The notes under the pieces are model-generated. The model worked only from the letters and a program-made list of their open reading frames with translations, did not search any database and had not been told where the DNA came from. From IMG/VR virus record IMGVR_UViG_3300009155_000044, positions 1 through 64,000 of that record: a stretch of 64,000 bases of DNA; one strand, given 5' to 3'. Source of the stretch: a virus. Shown one piece after another: positions 34,643 through 43,077 of the stretch (position 1 is the stretch's first letter; each line of letters begins with the position of its first letter). The position numbers and the translations under genes were made by a program.

Positions 34643-34655
34643 GAGCTACAGGTGT
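34618..34655 (-). pseudogene. 38-nt tRNA minihelix (acceptor + T arm; D loop and anticodon arm deleted)
   Basis: Minus strand ACACCTG TAGCTC ATGGG TTCGATC CCCAG CAGGTGT A. Confidence 0.65.
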
Positions 34656-34893
34656 AAAGTGTTTATTCCAGCCGAAAAGCTTTTTTTCGCAAGCTCTCAT
34701 CAACTTGCTTTTCCAGCCATGACTTTTGTTCAAAAACTTTTGAACCATAAACTGGATTGGACTGTGCGGCAGTGAACCACTGCTCCATTTGCTTGTCGCT
34801 TGGAAACAGAATTTGCTGAAGGAAGTAGAAGATTTTTTTCATAGTAGTATAGTGGAGATTTAAAATGACAGGTTTTGCGCGAGAGTCAAGAAA

Positions 34894-35166
34894 TTATTCT
34901 TCATCGTAATTTTCTTCATTCTCTTCTTCATCCACTTCTGATTCGATGAGATCAATCAAGTCATCAAAAGTGGGACCGTTGCGAAATGCTGCTTCATATC
35001 CCTTGCCCATTCCGACAGAGGCAGACAGCGCTCCAAGGAACTCTGGACACAAGAATCGTCTCTGATCATCTGGGAATGATTGCAGCATGTGTTCGATGCT
35101 ATTAACAATTTCGCCAATCTGATTAGCGCTGTCACTAATCTGCTCCAGCATTTCTTTTTTATTCAT
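34894..35166 (-). CDS. hypothetical acidic protein
   Basis: ORF track; start reassigned to MNKKEM. Confidence 0.6.
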   Translation of the reverse strand: MNKKEMLEQISDSANQIGEIVNSIEHMLQSFPDDQRRFLCPEFLGALSASVGMGKGYEAAFRNGPTFDDLIDLIESEVDEEENEENYDEE

Positions 35167-35249
35167 GATGTTAATGGGTTGGAATGTTGTTGAACCGTCC
35201 AGAATGATACCACAGGTTTGAAGGACTGCAACTTTTATTTTCAATTAAA

Positions 35250-35447
35250 TTATTCGTTCAGCGCTGTGAAACAGCGGGATCCAATCAGGTCGTCAACATA
35301 ATCTGGTTCCAGCAGAAATTCGTGCGCGAGAATGCGCTCTGGAGACTCACCATCCCACACGCGAGCGCGAGCCTCATTAACACATTGGCGAGCTTCATCA
35401 GGGAGAACTCCATCGCGGCGAATAATAATTTCTTCTATAATGTTCAT
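35250..35447 (-). CDS. hypothetical protein (RRDG...EA...LEPDY..DL motif)
   Basis: ORF with TTGACA...TACTAT promoter immediately upstream. Confidence 0.7.
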   Translation of the reverse strand: MNIIEEIIIRRDGVLPDEARQCVNEARARVWDGESPERILAHEFLLEPDYVDDLIGSRCFTALNE

Positions 35448-35486
35448 GAGGCTATAGTAATGCGATGAAAGATCTTGTCAAGAGAG

Positions 35487-35573
35487 AGTTGCAAGCGAGT
35501 GAGTTGCAAATAGAGGAGTTGCAAATAGCGAAGTTGCAAATAGCGAAGTTGCAAATAGCGAAGTTGCAAATAG
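35487..35573 (+). repeat. iteron-like tandem repeat, period 15 bp, core AGTTGCAAATAG
   Basis: Cores at 35502, 35517, 35532, 35547, 35562; variant at 35487. Confidence 0.85.
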
Positions 35574-35613
35574 CAGTGTGTTAAATAGGAGTAGCAAAAA
35601 AATACAAAGCAAT

Positions 35614-35785
35614 CTTGTAACTCGTTGATTTTCAACGTACTAGCAATTTGCGCCCCAAGATTGCGTAACTCATTGATTTTGAACGACTTACGCGAACGCG
35701 GGGCGCGAACTCGTAACTCGTTGATTTTCAACGACTTAGCAATTCCTATTCCTTGATAGAAAAAAACCCACCCTTTCGGGTGGGC
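35614..35785. repeat. twin-palindrome element, copy 8 (inverted half plus forward copy)
   Basis: Same arrangement as copy 1. Confidence 0.85.
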
Positions 35786-35799
35786 CAAGTTTGATTGAT

Positions 35800-36087
35800 T
35801 CAGATTTTTTCCCAGAGGTCGCCTAGCAATTCCATCGTTTTTTCAAAGTGCAGGTCTTCCCTTTCAATAGCAGAGGTCAGGTCGCCGTAAGCTTTAACCC
35901 GCTTAGAATAAGCTTCCTCCAATTCCGCGTCCAATTTGTCGAGTACGGAATTAATGGTAGTTTGATTGTGAGCCAATGTAGACGCACTCCTTGCAAGGAG
36001 CACTTGAGCGTAGCTGAGTCGCCATTGCGCGTAGAAAAAGCGCAGGGTGAGGGACTTGTGACTAGAGATGAGATCGAATGAATTCAT
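35800..36087 (-). CDS. hypothetical coiled-coil protein
   Basis: ORF between promoter and terminator. Confidence 0.65.
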   Translation of the reverse strand: MNSFDLISSHKSLTLRFFYAQWRLSYAQVLLARSASTLAHNQTTINSVLDKLDAELEEAYSKRVKAYGDLTSAIEREDLHFEKTMELLGDLWEKI

Positions 36088-36167
36088 GATTCTCTACTAT
36101 AAACTAGAAAGGGAGTGGCGCAAGATCTTTTTTTGAATTTAAAGTATTTTTTTTCTGAAATTCGCTG

Positions 36168-36334
36168 TTGACAAGGGCGGAGGCGTGAGATGGTAGATGA
36201 GAGAGCGAATTGATAACCTGTTGATTTTCAACGACTTACGCGGGCGCGGGGCGCGAATTGCTAGTGCGTTGATTTTCAACGACTTACAGCGATGCATTCT
36301 CTAGCAACAAAAAAACCCACCCTTTCGGGTGGGT
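36168..36334. repeat. twin-palindrome element, copy 9
   Basis: Palindromes at 36220 and 36268. Confidence 0.9.
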
Positions 36335-36348
36335 CGAGTTTGCTAGTG

Positions 36349-36774
36349 CTAGTGATTAACTATCATGTTCAATTTCCCACAGATGAACCGAATATTTTTT
36401 GCTTTTTTAAGCTGTACCCAAGATTCACGATTCCTATCAATAAACCATGAGAACTTGCTTTTTTGTGAGAGAAGGGAGCGGTAAAAGTTTTTGCCATTGA
36501 TAACTTTCTTTTCACCGTTTGGCAGAGTGAAGCTGATGCTAAAGAACTTTCCCTTACTGGCTTGAACTAGCGCTTCCAAGTGCGCGAACATTTTTTTCTG
36601 CTTTGCCATGCGGCAGAAGTGAGAGTTCAGCAGCATGAATGCTAGGGCTGCGCCCGTCACGATCCAAAGGACGAGGAAAAAGTAAAAGATGTTATGGCGC
36701 GAGATGTGAACGCCAAGGGCATTCATTTCGAGAGAGACAGCAATAAGTGAGGTGGTGGGCAAGAAGAATTTCAT
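36349..36774 (-). CDS. membrane-anchored paralog of the 30843 protein
   Basis: N-terminal TM segment; SKGKFFSISF...INGKNFY...FIDRNRESWV. Confidence 0.65.
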   Translation of the reverse strand: MKFFLPTTSLIAVSLEMNALGVHISRHNIFYFFLVLWIVTGAALAFMLLNSHFCRMAKQKKMFAHLEALVQASKGKFFSISFTLPNGEKKVINGKNFYRSLLSQKSKFSWFIDRNRESWVQLKKAKNIRFICGKLNMIVNH

Positions 36775-36855
36775 GATTCCCTACTATACATGAGAGAGAG
36801 TAACGCGCAAGTCTTTTTTTTTGAATTTAAAGTATTTTTTTTCTGAAATTCGCTG

Positions 36856-37023
36856 TTGACAAGGGCGGAGGCGTGAGATGTTAGATGAGAGAGCGAATTG
36901 ATAACTCGTTGATTTTCAACGACTTACGCGGGCGCGGGGCGCAAATTGCTAGTGCGTTGATTTTCAACGACTTACAACAGCGCATTTTCTAGCAACAAAA
37001 AAACCCACCCTTTCGGGTGGGTC
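36856..37023. repeat. twin-palindrome element, copy 10
   Basis: Palindromes at 36908 and 36956. Confidence 0.9.
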
Positions 37024-37081
37024 GAGTTTGCCAGCACTAGTGATTAACCATCATGTTCAATTTTCCACAGATGAACCGACG

Positions 37082-37282
37082 TCAGTCGGGAAGATTGTGC
37101 CAACCAAAGTACTCATCTTCCTGACCATGTAGCCTATCCTTTTCGCGCTGAGATTGAATAGTGCGATTGCTCTTACAGTATTCGCAGCTGCCATGGTTGC
37201 GGCAAGTGCGGTCAAAGGCTAAACTGCGGCGATACTGAACGCGCTTTTCTTTACCGTATTTGATTGCTTTTTCTAGGCTCAT
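37082..37282 (-). pseudogene. truncated duplicate of the 29184 gene, joined to a copy of the 3' end of the 36349 gene
   Basis: MSLEKAIKYGKEKRVQYRRS... near-identical to 29588; 37025-37079 repeats 36336-36390. Confidence 0.75.
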
Positions 37283-37368
37283 ATTTTGATTCCCTACTAT
37301 ACATGAGAGAGAGCAACGCGCAAGATCTTTTTATATGATTTATTATTTTTTTTTCTTGAATTTCGCGG

Positions 37369-37534
37369 TTGACAAGGGCGGAGGCGTGAGATGTTAGATG
37401 AGAGAGCGAATTGATAACTCGTTGATTTTCAACGACTTACGCGAACGCGGGGCGCGAATTGCTAGCGCGTTGAAAGTCAACGAGTTACAGCGCTGCATTC
37501 GCGAGCAGCAAAAAAACCCACCCTTTCGGGTGGG
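37369..37534. repeat. twin-palindrome element, copy 11
   Basis: Same architecture. Confidence 0.9.
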
Positions 37535-37549
37535 TCGAGTTTGCTAGTA

Positions 37550-37687
37550 TTAGTCTTCGACTGGATCTTCCACTTGAGCGTAGAACTCATCTAGGAAAGC
37601 GTCGTATTCCGCCACCTCACCCGCATCAGCGGGCCAATGTGGGGAAATGTTATCGAATAGGTTGTGGAAGGTAGTGGTATCGTTCAT
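37550..37687 (-). CDS. small acidic protein (45 aa)
   Basis: Hand translation MNDTTTFHNLFDNISPHWPADAGEVAEYDAFLDEFYAQVEDPVED; promoter and terminator flank it. Confidence 0.55.
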   Translation of the reverse strand: MNDTTTFHNLFDNISPHWPADAGEVAEYDAFLDEFYAQVEDPVED

Positions 37688-37768
37688 GATCCCCTAGTAT
37701 ACCAGACTGCGGGAAAGGCGCAAGACATTTTATTCATTTAAAAGATTTTCTTTTCTTGAATTTCGCCC

Positions 37769-37984
37769 TTGACAATGGCGCGGGGCGTATTTGTTATACG
37801 GAGGGGCGAATTGATAACTCGTTGATTTTCAAGGGGTTACGCGAACGGGGGGCGCGAATTGCTAGCGCGTTGATTTTCAACGAGTTACAACGACGTATTT
37901 TGCTAGTGCTAGTATAACAGAAGCCCACCCTTTCGGGTGGGCCGACTTGCTAGCGTTAGGAGTGCCCACCCTTTCGGGTGGGCT
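37769..37984. repeat. twin-palindrome element, copy 12, followed by two tandem terminators
   Basis: Palindromes at 37821 and 37869; CCCACCCTTTCGGGTGGG twice. Confidence 0.9.
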
Positions 37985-37996
37985 AGTTTACTAATG

Positions 37997-38179
37997 TCAG
38001 ACATCGCATCCTTGACTCTGAAGGGACTTTTTAATTTCCTCCCATCGGCAAGCAGCTTGTTCAGCAAGCAGAGATGCTTCAACGTAAGCGTTAAGCGCTT
38101 CGCTCAATCTCTTTTCAAGACTGAGGATGATGATTTCATCGGTGAGGTGGAGGGATTCGGTTGCAGTGGTTTTTTCCAT
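37997..38179 (-). CDS. hypothetical protein
   Basis: ORF track; start reassigned to MEKTT. Confidence 0.5.
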   Translation of the reverse strand: MEKTTATESLHLTDEIIILSLEKRLSEALNAYVEASLLAEQAACRWEEIKKSLQSQGCDV

Positions 38180-38290
38180 GTTTTTACTATACGCGATGGA
38201 TGCGGGAACGCAAGTTTTATTTTTTCTTTTCAGAACTTTTTTCAAGGCACGAAAAAGCCCACTCTTTCGAGTGGGTTAAAGTTGATAGCG

Positions 38291-38482
38291 CTAGAGGCTT
38301 GTGATCCAATAGACTTTCGCGTTGTCAATGGCGTACATAGTTGCGCGATACAAGCGGCACTGCACTGATCGACCGCCATGCTGTTTCCAAAGCGCAATCG
38401 TTTCCGCGTGGAAAGCATCTGTCCAGCCATTGCTGTAACCTAAGTTTTTGTAACCTGCTTCAATCATTTCTTGCTCATTCAT
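38291..38482 (-). CDS. hypothetical protein
   Basis: ORF with TTGCGT...TATAGT promoter. Confidence 0.55.
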   Translation of the reverse strand: MNEQEMIEAGYKNLGYSNGWTDAFHAETIALWKQHGGRSVQCRLYRATMYAIDNAKVYWITSL

Positions 38483-38618
38483 AGTCCCCTACTATAGGCG
38501 AGGGATGGCAGAACGCAAGTTTTATTTTGAACTTTTAGACGTTTTTTTCACGGCGGAAAAAGTTCCCAACGGAAGAAAAAAAGCTTGCGTTTCTTTCTCC
38601 ATGGGGTAAAGTGAAGGC

Positions 38619-38786
38619 ATGAACGAAATCACTAAAGCACAGAAATTGGCCATAGCTAAAATCACCGCATGGGAAAAAAAGATGTCAGAACTTGACACCT
38701 ACGATGAAATTGCCGATGCGTTAGAGCATGAACGGGATGCGCTAGAGTTCGGACGGGACAGCGCAAAGTATAACGGCGCACACTAA
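38619..38786 (+). CDS. hypothetical protein (55 aa)
   Basis: Hand translation MNEITKAQKLAIAK...; TTGCGT...TAAAGT promoter; terminator at 38793-38811. Confidence 0.55.
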   Translation: MNEITKAQKLAIAKITAWEKKMSELDTYDEIADALEHERDALEFGRDSAKYNGAH

Positions 38787-38838
38787 CCAAACAGCCCGCC
38801 CGAAAGGGCGGGCATCTAAACCTTAACACAAAATCAAA

Positions 38839-39033
38839 ATGACAAATCCGAATCCTAACTCTAACTCAATTTACAACATCCAAGAACTGGCGGATGTGTT
38901 ATTCAACACTAAAAATTTTAGCGGCAGTCAGATGAGAGCCATTAAAGAATGGGAGGATGAAAACGGCATCCTAACGCTGGACGAAAAGGTTGCCGCAATT
39001 CAGTTAGCGAATAAGATGTGGGACAACGCCTAA
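38839..39033 (+). CDS. hypothetical protein
   Basis: ORF track; terminator at 39047-39072. Confidence 0.6.
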   Translation: MTNPNPNSNSIYNIQELADVLFNTKNFSGSQMRAIKEWEDENGILTLDEKVAAIQLANKMWDNA

Positions 39034-39334
39034 CGCTAGCAAGTCGGCCCACCCTTCGGGGTGGGCTTTTTTGTTAGACTAGCGCTAGCAAGTACCCCCC
39101 CCATTTCTCAAAAAGATGTTAGAGCTATCCTAACAGAAGCGGCGGGGGGGACATTCTCCTCAATCTACGACTAGTCTCCAAACCAAAAGAACCAAACAGC
39201 GCTCTCCAGACCACCCCCCCCAATTAAAAAAAACCAAACCTAAAAAACACTAAAATCCCCGAACAAAAACAGAAAAAAAACCAAACGCCCAAAACTAGAA
39301 ATCAAAAAAAACAGAAAAAAGTGTAAAAAAAAAA

Positions 39335-40132
39335 GTGAGCACTCTTTACAGCAATCTTCCCTCTAGCATCATCTTTTCTGGAATTGAAACAAATTTCGCA
39401 TCGCTCTCTTCTAGCATCAGTTTCTCCTCTAAACTAGAAGAGAATAAGAATCTCTCTCTTGCCCCGAATCAAAATTTTAAAATTGGCGGCAGTTTAGAGT
39501 CTAAAATTAGTCTCAACTTTTTTGCCGCGCAAAACTCAAATTTCTCAGGAGCATCACTAGTTTTGTCCTCACTCACTGGAGATGTTTTTAGCAGCATCAA
39601 AATTGGAAGTGTAGTTTTTAGTGGTTGCTACTTGGAAAACTTGTCTGTTGAAATTGTTCCCTTCTCGCCAGTCATCATGACCGCAGATTTTATTTGTTTA
39701 AAAACTATAGATAGTAATGGATTATCCCCGTCCACTGCACTAGCTTCCTCTCCAGAGAGTGGCAGTGGAATTTGCTATGGTCATAACATCACATCTTTTA
39801 ATGACACTCTTTTAACAAACACAAAAGAGAGTTTATCGTACAAAGTTTCCTGCAATCGCACTCCAGTATACACTCTTGGAAATGTTGATGCCACATCTTG
39901 CTTCTTAGACTCTGTAGTGAAAGAAATATCCATCAAGTCAGACAACATTAAACAATTCATAAACTATCAGAGCTACGGCGATATTTTATCAGTAAATTTA
40001 AACACTGAACTGCCCCAAACTTTAGGCACCATTTCTTTTTCTAGCGCATCAAAAATAGTTTCACAAAATCTCTCAATAAGTTCCGAAGATGTGCTCGCTG
40101 GCCAAGTTACTTTGCGCGAAATAGTTTTGTAA
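39335..40132 (+). CDS. hypothetical late/structural protein (Ser-rich, beta-rich)
   Basis: GTG start after a GTGTAA motif. Confidence 0.65.
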   Translation: MSTLYSNLPSSIIFSGIETNFASLSSSISFSSKLEENKNLSLAPNQNFKIGGSLESKISLNFFAAQNSNFSGASLVLSSLTGDVFSSIKIGSVVFSGCYLENLSVEIVPFSPVIMTADFICLKTIDSNGLSPSTALASSPESGSGICYGHNITSFNDTLLTNTKESLSYKVSCNRTPVYTLGNVDATSCFLDSVVKEISIKSDNIKQFINYQSYGDILSVNLNTELPQTLGTISFSSASKIVSQNLSISSEDVLAGQVTLREIVL

Positions 40133-40148
40133 GTGTAATTTATTTTAG

Positions 40149-40880
40149 ATGTCCAAGAAAAAAATTGAAAAACCAGTCGCTCAATTACAAATTCATTCTC
40201 AAATTGAGCATTCCATAAAATTAAAACAAAGAAAATTTAAATTCACAGACAAACAAAGAAAATTCTTAGAAATTGCTCTTGAACCTCAAAACTCTATCAT
40301 TTTTGTAGCTGGACCAGCAGGTTCTGCAAAAAGCTATTCTAGCATTTATGTTGCTTTGCAGCTTTTAATGTCGGATCGAGACAAGCAATTGCTCTACGTT
40401 CGCAGCATCATCGAGAGTGCTGACAAAGGACTAGGAAGTTTGCCAGGAGACATGGCTGAAAAATTTGATCCATTTCTCATGCCGCTATACGATAAACTAG
40501 ATGAGATGGTGGAAACTCCAGACATAGTTTGGTTAAAAACGCAAGAAAAAATTGCAGCTATTCCAGTAAACTTTTTGAGAGGAGCAAATTGGAGCAACAA
40601 AGTCATTGTTGTGGATGAAGCTCAAAACTTCACTTTCAAAGAACTAACAACAGTGATTACTCGCATTGCCGAAGGCTCTAAACTCATGATTTGCGGCGAC
40701 TACATGCAAAGTGACATTGGCTCACGCTCTGGTTTTCGTGAAATGTTTGAACTGTTCAATGATGAAGCTAGCCGCGAGCGAGGAGTGCAGTGTTTTGGCT
40801 TCGATAATTCCGACATTGTGAGAAGTGAAATTCTCAAGTTTTTAGTTTCTAAGTTAGAAACTCGATCAGCAAAAGTGTAA
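40149..40880 (+). CDS. phoH: PhoH family ATPase
   Basis: GPAGSAKS, LGSLPGD..EK..P, FLRG, VDEAQN, GD..QSD. Confidence 0.93.
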   Translation: MSKKKIEKPVAQLQIHSQIEHSIKLKQRKFKFTDKQRKFLEIALEPQNSIIFVAGPAGSAKSYSSIYVALQLLMSDRDKQLLYVRSIIESADKGLGSLPGDMAEKFDPFLMPLYDKLDEMVETPDIVWLKTQEKIAAIPVNFLRGANWSNKVIVVDEAQNFTFKELTTVITRIAEGSKLMICGDYMQSDIGSRSGFREMFELFNDEASRERGVQCFGFDNSDIVRSEILKFLVSKLETRSAKV

Positions 40881-40989
40881 AAGGAATTGGGGCCGCTGCA
40901 ACACTTAGCCGTGTAGGCTACTAGTATTCGAAAATGCAGCGAGTCCCCATTTAAAATAATAGAATTATAATTTTATACACTTATAATAA

Positions 40990-41355
40990 GTGTATATGAA
41001 TAATATTTTTTGTTTTGAGTGCGGAAATAAACACTCTTACACTTACTCGAAACCAAAGTTTTGCTCAAATTGTGGGTCAGGGTTCAGCCTAGTTAAAACT
41101 GCTCTTAAAACAGCGTTAGCTCATGCTATTCAAGAAGATGAAGAAGATGAAGAAGATCTTGATTCTTCTGATTTTTCAGATGCTGTGCGCGTTCCCAAGC
41201 TTCGCAGCCTAGCAGTAGATGTAGAGTCAGACTACGAGGGTACTTCCAGTTTTAAACTAGGATCTTTATTTGGATCTAATTCTGACGACTCTCCTAGACG
41301 CAAAAAATCAACCCAAAATTTTGAAGATTTTATTGAAAAAAAGCGTGTCCAATAA
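40990..41355 (+). CDS. Zn-ribbon hypothetical protein
   Basis: FCFECG...KPKFCSNCG; acidic tract. Confidence 0.75.
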   Translation: MYMNNIFCFECGNKHSYTYSKPKFCSNCGSGFSLVKTALKTALAHAIQEDEEDEEDLDSSDFSDAVRVPKLRSLAVDVESDYEGTSSFKLGSLFGSNSDDSPRRKKSTQNFEDFIEKKRVQ

Positions 41356-42028
41356 AACCTCATACACTGAACACTATGCAACAATTGATGCTGTAGTTCA
41401 AAAGTTTCAAAAAAAATGGCAACTCAAAGCTATTGCTTGGTTTGATTTTGAAGATGTATCTCAAATGGTCAAGCTGCACATTTATAAAAAGTGGCACATG
41501 TGGGACGAGTCGAAACCTCTTGAACCATGGATTGCTCGAATTACTAGCAATCAAATCAAAAACATTATTCGAAACAACTACACAAACTATGTGCGTCCAT
41601 GCATGAATTGCGAGTTTAACATGGGCGGCACACTATGTGCTAAAAATTCATCTGGAAATCAAGAAGAATCTTGCAGCGACTATGCTAAATGGTCAAAATT
41701 AAAAAAAATTGGCTACGGAATAAAAATGCCTCTATCCATTGAGAATCATACTGTAGAAGTTGATCAAAAACAAGACTCTTACATTCATTTTGATTCATCA
41801 CTAGAAGAGTTGAACAAAATGATGAAAAACTCTTTATCGGCAGAGTATTACACAGTTTATGTTATGCTTTTTTTAGACAAAAAATCAGAAGAAGATGTTG
41901 CAGAGTTTATGGGTTATAAAACAAATGAGAAAAACCGCAAAGCTGGCTATAAGCAAATCAAAAATTTAAAGAATATGCTGAAAAATAAAGCTAAAGAAAT
42001 CATTTATCAAAACGATATCATCAAATGA
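41270..42028 (+). CDS. phage-encoded RNA polymerase sigma factor (ECF/late-type); true start probably ~41346
   Basis: DFEDVSQMVKLHIYKKW..WD...PLEPWIARI..NQIKN (region 2-like); C-terminal HTH with SEEDVAEFMGY. Confidence 0.75.
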   Translation: MDLILTTLLDAKNQPKILKILLKKSVSNKTSYTEHYATIDAVVQKFQKKWQLKAIAWFDFEDVSQMVKLHIYKKWHMWDESKPLEPWIARITSNQIKNIIRNNYTNYVRPCMNCEFNMGGTLCAKNSSGNQEESCSDYAKWSKLKKIGYGIKMPLSIENHTVEVDQKQDSYIHFDSSLEELNKMMKNSLSAEYYTVYVMLFLDKKSEEDVAEFMGYKTNEKNRKAGYKQIKNLKNMLKNKAKEIIYQNDIIK

Positions 42029-43077
42029 CTCTACTCCCAGAACAAGAAGCTGCTATTCAAGAGATTGTTAAATCAACAACTGATTTAAATGAAATTGTAC
42101 GCCTTGTGTTTAACAACTCTAGCCTCGACGGCAGAAGCAGAGAGGGCCGATTAGTTAGATCTTATCTTATTAGCAGCAAAGTTAAATTCAAAACAACAAA
42201 AAGAGAGAAAGTAGATCCTTTAGACTTTTCTCCAGAGCAAAGAAAATTCATCATTGCAAATGCTAATGCTGGACTATCATCTTTAGCCATTGCTCGCTTG
42301 ATATTTCCACTACAAGATGTGGGAGCGCTCTCAATTGAGCAGAGATCAGTCTTAGATGTGATTAGAGAAGAGAATCCAGACTTTACCCCAAGCTCTGATG
42401 TGGACACTCCCTTGGGCAATTATATTGCGCCAAAATCACCAGGAAGAATTGTAAAAAAAATCAATGATGCAACTGGCAGTTCATTAGAAGATGAAAAACT
42501 CAATCGACAGCATAAAATCTGCATAGATCGTTTGGGAATTAATTTAAATAATTCTCGCTTTTTAACAATTGTTAATAATTACACTTCAAAAGAAGATAGA
42601 GTCTTATTTGAAGAAGAATTTGTTCGTTTAACATGGGACAAGCCAGATTTAACATCTGATGAGTTGAACTTGTACATGAATGTGTGCAAAGAAATTATTA
42701 GTTTAGAAATTGTTAGCAAACATTTAAACAAACTAAACGATGCTTTTGATGTTGCTAGCGATAATGATGAAATGACGGTTCGATTAGCAGAAATCATCAA
42801 AGCAAAAAGCTCAGAATATCATCAGTGTGAGAGTCGCATTGAAAACTTAACAAAAAAACTACAAGGAGATCGATCTGAGCGAATGAAGAGCCGCCATAAA
42901 GAGAATTCTTCTATATTATCACTAGTTCAATTTTTTCAAGATGAGGAAGAGAGAGTCAACATGGTTCGCATTGCGGAAATGCAGCGGCAACTAGTAAAAG
43001 ATGAGGCTGAAAAGATTGAAGGAATGGCTGACTGGAAAGCTAGAGTTTTAGGAATTTCAATTGAAGATGTGCTTTAA
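42025..43077 (+). CDS. conserved hypothetical protein upstream of terminase (possible packaging partner)
   Basis: Long ORF, coiled-coil C-terminus; position only. Confidence 0.7.
   Translation: MTLLPEQEAAIQEIVKSTTDLNEIVRLVFNNSSLDGRSREGRLVRSYLISSKVKFKTTKREKVDPLDFSPEQRKFIIANANAGLSSLAIARLIFPLQDVGALSIEQRSVLDVIREENPDFTPSSDVDTPLGNYIAPKSPGRIVKKINDATGSSLEDEKLNRQHKICIDRLGINLNNSRFLTIVNNYTSKEDRVLFEEEFVRLTWDKPDLTSDELNLYMNVCKEIISLEIVSKHLNKLNDAFDVASDNDEMTVRLAEIIKAKSSEYHQCESRIENLTKKLQGDRSERMKSRHKENSSILSLVQFFQDEEERVNMVRIAEMQRQLVKDEAEKIEGMADWKARVLGISIEDVL

Noticed and set aside
28053-37984. CRISPR or classical integron attC reading of the palindromic elements
   Set aside because: Spacing is 0.5-1.3 kb with genes in between; no clear RYYYAAC/GTTRRRY pair with extrahelical bases; no integrase in the window.
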